Below are positions 12,131 to 24,711 of a stretch of DNA of 64,000 nt, in pieces. The stretch's first letter is position 1; each line of letters opens with the position of its first letter. Source of the DNA: Felis catus (Eukaryota). The notes below the pieces were generated by a model. It was not told the DNA's origin and did no database searches. It saw only the letters and a program-made list of their open reading frames with translations. The stretch lies in assembly GCF_018350175.1 (NCBI RefSeq), contig NC_058369.1, positions 28,522,001 to 28,586,000 of the forward strand. Direction: 5' to 3'. The position numbers were made by a program, and so were the translations under genes.

Positions 12131-15100
12131 ATATATATATATCACATCTTCTTTATCTATTCCTCTATCAGTGGACACTTGGGCTGCTTCGATAATTTGA
12201 CTATTGTAAGTAATGCTGCTATTAACTTGGGGGCACATATATCTTTTTGAATTAATGTTTCTGTAAATATACAATAGTGAAATGGATGGATTGTATAGTA
12301 TTTCTCTTTTTAATTTTTTGAGGAAACTTCATACTGTTTTCCACAGTGGCTGCGAAAGTTTTTTGAATTCCCAATAGTGCATGAGGGTTCTTTTTTCTCC
12401 ACATCATCACCAACACTTGTTTCTTGTGGTTTTGATTTTAGCCATTTTAAAAGGTGTGAGGTACTCTCTTATTGTGATTTTGATTTGTGTTTCCTTGATG
12501 ATGACTGATGTTGAACATTGTTTCATGTGTCTGTTGGCCATCTGTATGTCTTCTTTGGAGAATTGTCTGTTAATGTCTTCTGCCCATTTTTAAATTGGAT
12601 TATTTGGGGGTTTTTTGGTGTTAAATTTTATAAGTACTTTATATATTTTGGATTCTAACCCCTTTTTGGATATGTCATTTGCAAATATCTTCTCCCAATC
12701 AGTAGGTTGTCTTCAGTTTTGTTGACGGTTTCCTTCACTGTGCAGAAGCATTTTATTTTGATGTCCCAATACTTACTTTTATTTTGGTTTCCCTTGCTTC
12801 AGGAGACAGACATATCAAGAAAAATGTTGCTACAGCTGATGTCAGAGAGATTACTGCCTGTGCTCTCTCAGGGAATTTTATGGTTCAGGTCTCACATTTA
12901 GGTTCTTTGTCCATTTTGAGTTTATTTTTGTGTATGATATAAGAAAAATGGTCCATTTTCCTTCTTTTGTAGTTAACTGTCCAGTTTTCCTAATACCATT
13001 TGTTGAAGAGACTGTTCTTTTCCCATTGCACATTCTTGTTTCCTTTGTTGAAAGTTAATTGACCATATAATGGTGGGCTTATTTCTGAGGTCTCTATTCT
13101 CTTCTATTGATCTATGTGTCTGTTTTTCTGCCAGTACCAATACCATACTGTTTTGATTACTAGAGCTTTGTAGCATATCTTGAAAGCTGGGATTGTGATG
13201 CTTCCAGTTTTGTTCTTTCTCAAGAATGCTTTGGCTATTCAGTGTTTTCTCTGGTTCCATACAGATTTTGGGATTATTTGTTCTCGTTCTGTGAAAAATG
13301 CTGATGGTGTTTTGATAAAGATTGCATTAAATCTGTAGATTGTTTTGGGTAGTATGGACATGTTAACAATATTTGTTCATCCAATCCATAAGCATGGAAT
13401 ATCTTTCTATTACATTGTGTTGTGTTGTCTTCAGTTTCTTTCATCCGTGTTTTATAGTTTTCAGAGTACAGGTGGTTCACCTCCCTGGTCAAGTTTATTC
13501 CTAGGAATTTTATTATTTTTGGTGCAATTGTAAATGGGATTGTTTTCTTAATTTCTCTTTCTGATACTTCATTGTTAGCATATAGAATTGCAACAGATCT
13601 CTGTATATTGATTTTGTACCCTGTGAGCTTATTAAATTCACTTATCAGTTCTGGTAGGTGTTTGGTTTTTGTTTTTTTTTTTTGTTTTTTTTTTTTTTGA
13701 GAAGTCCTTAGGGCTTTCTATGTATAGCATCATATTATCTTCAAGTAGTGCAGGTTTTACTTCTTCTTTGCTAATTCGGATGCCTTTTATTTCTTTTTCT
13801 GGTTTGATTGCTGTGGCTAGGCGTTCTAATACTGTGTTGAATAATAGTGAGGAGAATGGACATCCTTGTCTTGTTCCTGACCTTAGGAGAAAAGCTCTCA
13901 GTTTTTCACCATTGAGGATGATACTAGCTATGGGTTTTTCATATATGGGCTTTAGGATTTTGTTGTATGTTCCCTCTAAACCTGCTTTGTTGAGGGTTGT
14001 TTTTGTTTTTGTTTTTGTTTTTGTTTTACCATGAATGTGTGTTGTATTTTGTCAAATGCTTTTTCTGTATCTGTTGAAATGATTGTACAGTTCTTATCCT
14101 TTCTCTTGTTGATGTGATGTTTCACATTGATTGATTTGTGAATACTGAATTACCCTTGCATCCTGGGAATTTGTGTGGAGGACTTTTGCATTCATGTTTA
14201 CCCACAACATTGACCTATGGTTCTCATTATTTGTAGTGTTTTTATGTAGTTTTGGTATTGGAGTAATGCTGGCCTTGTAGAATGAATCTGGAAGTTTTCC
14301 TGCCTTCTGTATTTTTTGGAATAATTTCAGAAGAACAGGTACCAACTCTTCCTTAAATGTTTGGTAGAATTCACCTGTGAGGCCGTCTGGTCCTGGACTT
14401 TTGGTTGTTTGGATATTTTTGATTCCTAATTCAATTTCATTGCTGATAATGGGTCTGTTCAAATTTTCTATTTCTTCCTGATTCACTTTTGGGATGTTAT
14501 ATGTTCCTAGGAATTTATCTTTTTCTTCTAGATTGTCCAATTTGTTGGCATATAATTTTTCATAGTAGGATTTTCTTATAATCCTTTGTATTTCTGTGGT
14601 ATTGGTTATTATTTCTCCACTTTTCTTTCTGATTTTCTTTATTTGAGTCCTCTCCACCTCACCCCTTTTGGTTAGTTTGGCTAAAGGTTTATCAATTTTG
14701 TTGATTTTTTTCAAAGAACCAACTCCTGGTTTCATTGATCTATTCCACTGTTTTTTAGTTTCTATTTTGTTTATTTCTGCTCTAATCTTTATTATTTCCT
14801 TCTTTCTACTGGTTTGAGTTGTGTTTTTTCTTCTTTTTGTAGTTCTTTTATGTGTATGGTTGGGCTGTTTATTTGAGATTTATTTACTTATTTATTTTAT
14901 TTTTTTATTTTTGAGATAGTCCTGAGTTGCTATCCCTCTTAGAACAGCTTTTGCTGCCTCTCTAAGATTTTGTTCCATTGTGTTTCATTCTCATTTGTCT
15001 CCATGTATGTTTTGATTTCCTCTTTTATTTCTTGGTTGATGCATTCATTGTTATGTAGAATGTTATTTAAACTCCATGTTTTGTGTTTTTTTCCAGATAT

Positions 15101-15267
15101 TTCCTTGTGGTTGATTTCTAGTTTCCTAGTGTTGTGGTCAAACAGGATGCATGGTATGGCTTTGATCTTTTTGTATTTGTTGAGACTTGTTTTGTGGCCT
15201 AATATGTGATCTGTTTTTGGAGAATGTTCCATGTGCACTTAAGAAAATGCATTCTGTTGTTTTAGGA

Positions 15268-15509
15268 TCATCCCCAGCTAATAGCCAGCAAGGAAAGAGG
15301 GACTTCCACAAAGAACTGCATTCTGCCAGCAACCTAAGCTTGGAAGTGGTTCCTTCCCAAGAGCCTCCAGAAACAAACACAGCCCCTTGTTTTCAGCCCC
15401 ACAGGGCTCATATTGGGCTTCTGACCTACAGAAACTGTACCAAATGTATGTTGCTTTTGGCCACAAAGTTCATTAAAAATTATTATGGTAACAACAAAAA
15501 ACTAATACA
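15268..15509 (+). mobile_element. MaLR LTR (MLT1D/E-like), 3' half
   Basis: cagctaatagccagcaaggaaa...gaactgcattctgccagcaacc...cttctgacctacagaaactgt...aaaactaataca terminus. Confidence 0.85.
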
Positions 15510-15884
15510 CCACTAATGCCTTAAATATTGCACAAGAGGATAGGTTGGAGAAAAAGAATATTAAAATATATTTTATCGTTCATCAATCTCAGGTTTGCTA
15601 AGATTTTGATAGGTGCTCATTTGTGAAATAAATGAATTCATTCCTATATTCATTCGTTTAAAAAGAGATATTGAGTATCCCCTCTTTGTTGGTCCCTGGG
15701 AAAGGTGTTGAAGATACAATAGTGAAAAAGATATTGTTCTTTACTTCTAATTGCTCATACTAGAAGTGGAGGATGGAAACCTGGACAGTCATTACAGAGA
15801 AATGTAATAGGAACCTTAACACAACCTTAATATAAACATGAGAAAAGTATGAACAAAGGACAAGGGAATAAGGAATAAAAACCA

Positions 15885-16080
15885 CAGCTAACGTTTACTG
15901 AATACTTGTCTCAATGATCTTTATAAGCCAATTGGGTAGGATCATGATCCTTTCCATTTTGCAGATGAGGAAGCTGAGTCACAGGCAGGTGAAAAAACCA
16001 GGCCTAAATCACCATCAGTAATCGGCGGCGTTGAGATTCTAACCCTGGTGGTCTAACTCCACAGCCCATGCTTTTACACA
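15885..16080 (-). mobile_element. MIR relic
   Basis: ccattttgcagatgaggaagctgag core. Confidence 0.75.
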
Positions 16081-16865
16081 CCTCATTGTGCTCTCTTTCA
16101 ATGCAAAAGAGTTGGGTAGCTTCAGAACAGGGCCAGGATTTGGGATGAGTACCTTTATCAAAGAGAGGAGGGACAGCAGAAAGAAACGTCATCAGTAAAT
16201 CCAGAGCTTTGGGAAGAAGGCACATGGTATGGCATATGCAGGGAACAAAGGAGTGTCCTGTATCAGGATGAAGAAAGATTGATGGCAGATGAGACTAAAG
16301 CGTAAGTTATCCTAATCTGAAGGTCTCGGATCGATCAGTTATTTGATTTCATTCTGACGCTGCCGGAAGAATCTATCCAAGAGGCAAATAATTTCCACCA
16401 ACTTGTATATGATTCTCAACATTGTTTCAGGGGATATTGGTGTATACTCTTAGGCATCCAATGCATAACCCTCAAGTATAATAATATTTATTAATACAAC
16501 TTAGAAAATACCATTGAAAATACAGCAAAATCCTAAAAGATTCTATTGACTCCAAGAAAGCAGGAAGAAGTACAGATGCATGCAGGAATTCAACTCTATC
16601 TTCCATCAGTTTTTTCTATCCAAATCCATAGTTACTGCTCAGCTTATGAATCATGTTAGTTCACAATAAAATAGGCCGCAAATCTATACACTAGTTTTGA
16701 GAAAATTTCTTGAGAGCAACAAACCAACTGTTCAAATCATTACCACACAAAATAGATAAATATGGTATATAGAAGCAAAAGCATTTGTTGGTCAAAAAAC
16801 TCAAAAACTCTTCCACTTTTTTCCTGATATAGAAAGAATCATCATATATATTAGGCGATTTAATC

Positions 16866-17051
16866 TGTTATTTAATATGGTAGCCACCAATCATATGTAA
16901 CTATTTAAATTTAAATAAAGTCAATTTAAATACAATTTTATTACTTAGTCCTACCAGCCTTGTTTCAAGGCTATAGTCATGAGGCTAGTGGCCACTGTAC
17001 TTGTCTAAATACATATGAAACATTTGCACCACTGCATAAATCTCCATTAGA
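16866..17051 (+). mobile_element. MER3/MER33-like hAT MITE
   Basis: aatatggtagccaccaatcatatgtaactatttaaatttaaa...gctagtggccactgtacttg. Confidence 0.7.
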
Positions 17052-17254
17052 AAAAAAAGGTATTTATTTAGATAAAAGTAGTGATTTATTAGACATGCCT
17101 AAGGTGATTCAGTTTACCTTAAATTTATATAATTAAATTGGTCTATTCTGGGGTCTTTTGAGGTTCTGAGTTTTTGTCTTAATCATCTATATGTACTCCA
17201 TTCCTCTTAGTATCAGGAGATTCTGAACCAAGAGACTCTTCAATAGTCAGGACC

Positions 17255-17395
17255 AAGCAGTTATTAGGCACCAGCTCTGTTGCAAGCTTTGTGCTAGGCA
17301 TTTCACATCTGTAAGGTCGCTGAAGTCTCAAGACTCCCTGAAAGGCATGGTTATTCCCATTTTACGGATGACAAGGCTGAAGCAAAGAGAGAGCA
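17255..17395 (-). mobile_element. MIR relic
   Basis: tgtgctaggcatttcacat...ttattcccattttacggatga. Confidence 0.65.
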
Positions 17396-17834
17396 CCACA
17401 TCTTTTCACAGATAAAACTAACAAGCATTTATTTCTTCCTAAATAGATCCACTGCTCCTGGAAGAAACAGAGTACACAGACTGAATAGTTAAGTTTTCCA
17501 CAGATGAGGTTCACTTACAGGGAAATCAGAGTTCTTTTCATACGATTGTAGGTTTTGTTTTTTTTTTTTTTAATTGCTAAAATCATCCTGTTCTGGCAAT
17601 GGCTGAGAAGTGACTCAGAGAAGTATAGGGCAAGGGAAATAAAAGGGAGTCTGCCCAGCTGGAAGAACTGAGTCAGATATGCATATCATCAGTCCCCAGA
17701 GCCTCCATACTTCTACCGGAAAGACACCCAGAGTTACTTTGTTATAACTTCTCTTTTCCAATATCTGCAAGGAATGTACTTGACATTTATTTTTAATCTG
17801 ATTTTCCCTTCACAAAAGCATGGAGGGTCTGACC

Positions 17835-18312
17835 CCTAGCATCTATGATGGCATCCAGTGATTTGTGCCTCCAGGTAGTCCCCTCCTGTACAGAATAGGA
17901 CTGGTGTGAGTAACCAACAGGATATTGCAGAAACGATGGCGTGTCACTTCACTTCTGAGGCTAGGTCTTAACAGACATTAAAGCTTTTGCCTTGTTCTCT
18001 CTCTGGAGGAAGCCAGTCGACCTATGACGAAGATATTCAAGAAGCCTGTGGAGAAAAGCCCACGTGGGGGCTTCCCTCCAACATCCAGCACCAACTTGCA
18101 GGCATATAAGAGAGACACCTTGGAAGGGCATCCTCCAGCCTCAGTCAAGCTTTCAGATGACTGTAGATTTGGCTGACATAGAGAGACCTAGAAACAAAAC
18201 CGCCCAGCTAAGCCTGACCCACAGACACCGCATGAGACTATTAATGTTTATTGCAGTTTCAGGCTAACGCATTTCAGTATAATTTGCTATGAAAGATTAG
18301 ATAACTAACACA
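17835..18312 (+). mobile_element. MaLR LTR (MLT1F-like)
   Basis: gtgtcacttc...ctctggaggaagccag...tcctccagcctcagtcaagctttcagatgactg...tagataactaacaca terminus. Confidence 0.8.
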
Positions 18313-19099
18313 GAAAGTTTCTCAAGCTTTATGCAGTGGCAACTCTACAGATGAAATATCTCACACACTGCTAGCTCTCTCTCCATAATTATATCTTATC
18401 TTGGCACCCAGGCTAAAAGCCTTTTGCAGGCAAGCACCGTGTCTTACACATTGTTGTATTCTTCCTTCCCATACTTACTGATTGAGTGGGTTTGTGACTT
18501 TCCTTCTTCCTCTTTGACTACTGAAATCATTTTCCTTAACTCTTGGGTCTCTTCTCTTTAGAGTTCCTCCTGAGCAGAGCCAGAAAAATTCATGTGTTCT
18601 ATCATAATCACAAAATATGCATGGCACTCAGCAAAAAGAGACTACATAGACTTTTCAATGACCAGACAAAGATTGCAAGGACCCTGGATTAATTTGTTAT
18701 GAACACCTTCTCCCATAAGTAAGCTGCTGTACATGGGCGGAATAAATTACATTAGCAAATTTGCTTATTATCTATTTTACTCCCTGCATATAGGCTTTAC
18801 CCATAAACTACATTCATTCCACACTTACTAGACATGCAAGACACGATGTATGATGTAAATTCTATATATATTGTCTGTTTTCAAGGAACTCATAATCACA
18901 TTTAGGAGACTTATCATAAAGATGCTAATATTTACTCGATTCACTTCTACACCTAAATAGTACATTAAGAAATCAAAGAGAGTGAAAGCTAAGGGCTAGT
19001 ATTAACAGATCTTCAAATGAGCAGGTTATTGCTGTGAGCTGAATTGATCAGAGCAAGCTTCATGGAGGAACAAAGCCATAAGAATGGTTAATGGTAGTA

Positions 19100-19500
19100 G
19101 ATGTCATTATAAATACCACCAGTTTCATCCAGTGGTCCTGGGCATAGACATGCTTGCACATCTCAGCCTCTTGTGATTGGGCAGAACCACATGACTTAGC
19201 TGTACCCAAGGGGGGTATGAGAATACGTAACATATTTCTATTCAGGGCTAAATCAGGGAAAGATTCATGTTTAATTCTCCAGTCTCTCTTCCCTAAGAAG
19301 GTAACATATTCTGGCTGGCACAGCTAAGTAAGCTGGGGGCTCCAACAGTTCGGGTCCCTGAATAACCAGAAGAAGCAAAGCCCCCTGACAACCTGGGGTG
19401 AACTTGAACTATGAGCAAGAAATAAACCTTCCTTTGTGTTACACTATTGGAATTTGGGGATTAACATTGCAGCACCATCTAGACTCTCCTAACTAAGACA
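19100..19500 (+). mobile_element. MaLR LTR (MLT1I/J-like)
   Basis: atgagcaagaaataaacctt...gcagcaccatctagactctcctaactaagaca terminus. Confidence 0.65.
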
Positions 19501-21540
19501 GAAAGATTGCTAGTGCATAGCTAATAATCTTTAGATGTCAAGAGAGTTGGAGAATTGCAAAGGTAGAGGTAGAGGTAGTTTAAAAGTCACATGTCCCATG
19601 ACCTTTCTCAATAACAAATCTGTGCGCATACCAGGACTTAGCTTGTTATGACATATCATAATAGAATTGAAGGTTTTTAAATAAAAACATAAAGAAGGTT
19701 GGAAAGGCAGCGGGAGAATGAGCTACTGCCCTCGGGTGATCATGACAGATCTCAGAGTAACAGGATTATTGATGCTTTGGCCAGCAGCATTCCTTTTTCT
19801 TCACTTTCTTTTTTCTTTGAGATTACAAGTCATATATTTCCATTTGGAAAACAGTATTTCATAACCTCTAAACCTAACATGAGTCCTGTGAAACCCTAGT
19901 CTACAGTTGAATGGCCAGAAATAAAGACTTGGAATTCCTTCAAAGCTATCCCATTTTACACAGCAATGCTTTCTCTCTCTACCAAGAAAGTGCTCCTGCG
20001 TGATGAATTCCCCTCTCACGCTGTATATTAAACTTACTGCTCTATGCCTGTCACTCCCTATTCTCTTCCTAGTTGTTTGTGCCTTATTAAATTCAACACT
20101 TCGAAGCAACCAATAAGAAGCAGACAGGCCCAAGAAACCCTTTCTCTTATAATCAGTTTTCCCTGTTTTCTAGGAACAAATAATGTTTTCCAATCAATTC
20201 ATGGGTGGGATTCATTGTCAATTTACTTTCTTTGTAATGCATTGTTTGTCCATGAGTAGCAAATGGTCTTCAGTGAGAAACTGGTGATAAATTTTACCTA
20301 AATTTTTCACAGGGACATTATTGCCCATGTTACCTCTTCCAATCAGACCTCTTTGAAATTGGTTTGCAAATAGAACTTAAGAGTCTAAAGATAAAATCCA
20401 ATAGCCTAGCCATCCCTGCCTATTATTCCCAAAGTAAAACTCCAAGCCACTCATCTCAGGATATGCATTACAACATCAGGTAGAAATTCAAAGGCACAAC
20501 TAAGCTCTGAATATCTTTAAATATATGTGCGTTTGGAAGTGAGGGGATAAGGGGAGTGAAGGAGGAGAAGAGGGCACTTCTAAAAAAAATTATTTTAATT
20601 CTGTACATTTTAGAGTGTCTCAGTCTTTTGCCTTTAAACACTGTACTAGTCCAGATTTGAAGAGATTTCCCAGGTTAACCAAGTCCCAAGGAACTGACCT
20701 CAGATTAGTCTCTTATCTAAGTAAAGTTTCCAGCAACTCAACAGGAAGAATTTGTAAAGTTTTGCTAGAGATTCAAAATATCCTTAAAACATCAAATTTG
20801 ATGATCATACCTATTTCACCTAAATCCTTTAACTCCTGTAGAATATCAATTCTTCTGATTTTTGAGAAATATTATTCTTGTGCCATTGGTTTGCAGGGCA
20901 GAATGTATCAGTAAGTCTCTTTGGTCCTAAGTAAGAGAAACCAAGTTAGACTAGGCTAAGATAGAAGGGGTTTTTTTTTAGAAGGGTAGAGAAGTGTGCT
21001 AAAGACTCAGATGCAGAGATGCAGCCAGCTTCCTCAATGCCAGGAAACAGAAGGCAGGCATGAACATAGGGAATAGTCTCCTTCTTTCTTTGCTCCTCAA
21101 TCCTTATAGAGAAATATCACCACCCACAGATCTCAAGTATACCTGTCAAAACTCTAGCCTCACACAGAGAATTGACTGCCTATCTCTGAATCTCAAATTC
21201 CAGGAAGAGACACCTTGGTGGGGGGAGGGGGGAGGGGAGAGGATCAGCTTTGGAGTAGGTATCCAACTCTAATCAAAATAACTTTCTCTAGTGATCCATG
21301 TTGTGACCCAACATGAGTCCATGGGCTCAGGTCCAATGGTCTACTCTTCCAGAAAAGGAGGAGAGCCTTTTGAAAAGAAAATATGGTTGTAGACTCCACA
21401 GCTACCCCAGAAATACCAATATAGGTAAAAGGGAGCCAGAGTGTAAGCAAGGGCACCATGACTACAAACAGTCCCATCCACATTTTCCAATAATAGAACA
21501 TCAAGTACTCATATGTGACACCAACAGAGAAGGATGGCCC

Positions 21541-21584
21541 TTTTTTTTTTAATTTTGTAATCTTTATTTATTTTTGACAGAGAA

Positions 21585-21631
<47 letters not shown>

Positions 21632-21733
21632 AAGGAAGGGGCAGAGAGAGAAGGAGACACAGAACCCGAAGCAGGCTCCAATCCAGGCTCTGAGCTGTCA
21701 GCACAGAGCCGGATGCAAGGCTCGAACTCAAGG
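21541..21733 (-). mobile_element. CanSINE, 5'-truncated, with long (GA)n
   Basis: T tail, (GA)n, body ends at ggctcgaactca without the tRNA head; flanks gatggccc / gatggtcc. Confidence 0.92.
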
Positions 21734-23394
21734 AGATGGTCCTTTCTTGATATCCAGAAATCTTGCACAACTACCTACCATTATGTACCTTTTTTCACAC
21801 TGTATCAGAACCATTTAAATAAATTATATTGAAACCAGTTTTGCATATCTTGATTTCACAATGAAATTATAGACAGCATTATGTTACCACTATAATGGAT
21901 GTTGTGTTCAGCTTGTTACGTTACCACCTTAGGAAAAGTCCCCTAGAATTTCTATCTCAAAAGACAGTCTCTCCTCATCAGCCTGCATGCCATCAAACTG
22001 ACAGACAAAAGCAATTCACCTACCCATAATGCCGCCAGCAGTCTAAGGGGACACTGCTTGACCAGTGCATTCTCAGCATGTTTTAAAACAGTCAACTTTT
22101 GAATCAGAGAGATACTTTCAAAATGTCATTCTGTTTTTAAAGGGCTCTATAAAAATTAGGAAGGTGTCCAGGATTGGTGACGTATTCAATATGTCATCCA
22201 GTAACCTAAATATCCTGTTGCGTTTTTTAAAAGGATTGTGCTGAGGCAGATACCAAGGGAGTTGAAGTAATCAGAGAAAATCTCTTTGATGTTATGAGCG
22301 GGCAAACACATGTTGCAAAATCATGCTGAAAAGGACTGTATGTCCTACCGGCTGTGTGTCCCTAGGGGTGACACACTCCTGAAAAATGCTTTAAGTTGCT
22401 ATAACTGCCTGTTTTTCTTCTTTGCTGTATGAATTCCCTTCAATAAGTAAATGCTTTCAGTTCCTTCTCTGTCTCACGAGCACTTGTTGCCAAAAAATAC
22501 ATAAATAAATGTGTAGGTATTAAACAACTCCACACAAATTAAAAACTTGTAGCAGGAAGGCAGGAAGCTAATTTTCTAACATGAATTGCCTAGCTCAGGG
22601 GTCTCTAATCCTGTAATTCATTGTGATACCGTTTCACTTCGACTCCAATAATACATACGTTGCGTGAGACACCTTGGGGAAAGGGCAGTTAGGTATTTCA
22701 CATCAGTGGGAGATCTCCCTTTGTTTCCCCCCTCCACCTCCTTTCCTTTTCTTTTTTCTCTTTAATTCTTCTACCCAGAAAAATTCTCAAGGAGCAAAAA
22801 TGTATCCCTCTCTGTATTTTTATAAGCTGGCCAGTTGTGTTTCCAGGTTTCTGGGGTCTTTTGAACACAGAAAATCATGCCTCAAAAATGATCCCACGTT
22901 ATTCTCAAAAATCATTTTTCTCAGTCATTAGCCCAGGACACCAATTTTCCCTTCAAAAACATAACAAAACATGATCATCATTTCTGGGGACAAACCCTCA
23001 CTCAGAATGATTCAAAGAGAATACAAATTTAATGATCACCCTGAGAACCCAAGTGATACATCCCAGGAAATAATAATAAAATTTATGATGGCCTTAAAAA
23101 TTGTTTAACTCCTTTCCGGAATCTCTGACTTATAGGGTAGTAATACAACCAAGGACTGGCAACAACTCACCAAAGTCCAGAAGAGTTTTTGGCCTTTGAG
23201 TTTGTAGGCAAAGATGCTTAAATTGTTCCCCTTCGAAAAATAAAGATTATTTATTATTTACCTTCCTGTGCATCAGACACTCCTACAACATGCCTATAAC
23301 TCTTGTGTTCTTACGTTTGAGCTTCAAGGTCTCTGAATACATGGGAGAACTAGTAGGGTAGTGAGCCAACCTACTTGTTTTGGGGTTTTTTTTG

Positions 23395-23473
23395 TATGTT
23401 TTGTTTTGTTTTGTTTTGTGTTGCTTTGTTTTGTTTTGTTTTGTTTTGTTTTGTTTTGTTTTGTTTTGTTTTG
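23395..23473 (+). repeat. (TTTTG)n pentanucleotide repeat
   Basis: Read directly. Confidence 0.95.
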
Positions 23474-23743
23474 TAGGAAGAGAAAAGGAAAGAGAACACT
23501 CCCCAAAAGCTTCATAAGGAAATCTGCAAAGCAACACCGAAGAGAATGAACCAGAACACAGAAGGATACAATTTTTCCCTCTAGATGATAATACTAGGAG
23601 GAAGAAAGACTTGAAACCATTGAATGATTTTTCTGATAACCACCTAGGGCTCTCTCCAAAGAGACACATGCAAAGTTGGGCAAGTTGTTTTCTGTCCTGT
23701 CAGGAAAATATTTAGTAACAGCCGTGTAAAAGTAAGTACTCAC

Positions 23744-23936
23744 AGCTGCCCTGAGGAGCTGTGGATTTGTTTGTAGTGTTGTTTCTTTCAACAAGTTCCT
23801 TTGTTGTTTTGTGTGTTCTCCCACAAAGGCCTGGCCTTCTGCAGATACATTTACCATTCTCTCTGCATGAATACCGTCTGGAAGCACAGAGACCATCCAA
23901 GCTGGCTCTATCTGATGGTCCTAGTGCTACAGGGTC
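23744..23936 (-). other. Candidate exon (193 nt), product unknown
   Basis: Minus strand: tctccattctcattctgcgggtcactcttag| ... cagct|gtgagt in unique sequence. One frame open, no recognisable protein. Confidence 0.2.
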
Positions 23937-24072
23937 CTAAGAGTGACCCGCAGAATGAGAATGGAGATATTTATAGTGGCTGATCCCCTGGGATGTGGTG
24001 AAGCTTAGTTGGCTTGCAGCTGTTAGTTTCTTCTCTGAAGGAAAAGGCACTGTTTAAAATACTATGGATATC

Positions 24073-24165
24073 AGGGCACCTGGGTGGCTCAGTCAGTTAG
24101 GGGTCTGGCTTTGGCTCAGGTCACGATGTCACTGATAGTTAGGTCAAGCCCCACGTCCGGCTCTC
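24073..24165 (+). mobile_element. CanSINE head only (3' part lost)
   Basis: agggcacctgggtggctcagtcagtt...aagccccacgtccggctctc with no CT tract or A tail. Confidence 0.88.
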
Positions 24166-24711
24166 ATTCCCGGGCCTCAACCTGGCTCCCTTGCTCACTT
24201 GCCTAGGACCCAAATCCCTCTAGGAATGAGCTCTGGCCCTCATTGGCTTCTTGAGCCTTATTCCCACCTACACACTAAAACCTACTCAGAGCCACAGACT
24301 CCACTACCTTGAGAACCTTTTCTGATGCTTACTCCTTGCCTGATATTTGTTACCACATTGTGGCTCCTGGATTCTCCACCACAGACTTTCACCACCTCTA
24401 GAGCCACCTTCCTACAATATATGACACTAACCATCCTACTCCTACCTCCCAGACTGACCACTTATTTGAACCACCGTCTATCAGCATACTCTTGAAACAC
24501 CAGGGTAGGTCTGCCACTCAACCCAGAGACACACCATCCTCGATCCCTCCACCACAGTGCCAACTGGTTCACTGTGCTCATTAAAAAGGGACTTTTGGTT
24601 TAATGGCCATCTGGCATTTCATATCATGAAATCTGTCAAATGCAGGTTAATAGAGACTGAAAGATGCCCGGTTATTTGAGGGTAAAACAAAGGCAGGAGA
24701 ATTGCTATGAA

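Larger units (their letters stand above)
11498..15268 (-). mobile_element. LINE-1 3' part (ORF2 from late endonuclease through RT, carnivore-type 3'UTR, poly-A); inverted continuation of 1-3314
   Basis: ORFs 14939..15238, 14094..14735 (KSPGPDGLTGEFYQTFKEEL) and 12973..13260 are decayed ORF2 pieces. T-rich tail at ~11496-11510. Confidence 0.95.

Noticed and set aside
14094..14735. Longest ORF (213 aa) as a gene
   Set aside because: Decayed L1 ORF2 fragment flanked by frameshifts and stops; not a host gene or an active element.
11498..15268. Independent 5'-truncated L1 with target-site deletion, or twin-priming inversion
   Set aside because: Its 5' end continues the L1 that stops at 3314, and the MLT1 halves match reciprocally; one genomic inversion explains all four junction pieces.
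3670..15514. TSD for the rebuilt MLT1
   Set aside because: Flanks read accgt versus ccact, too diverged to count as support.
23283..23669. 128-aa ORF with KQNKT repeats
   Set aside because: Translation of the (TTTTG)n microsatellite.
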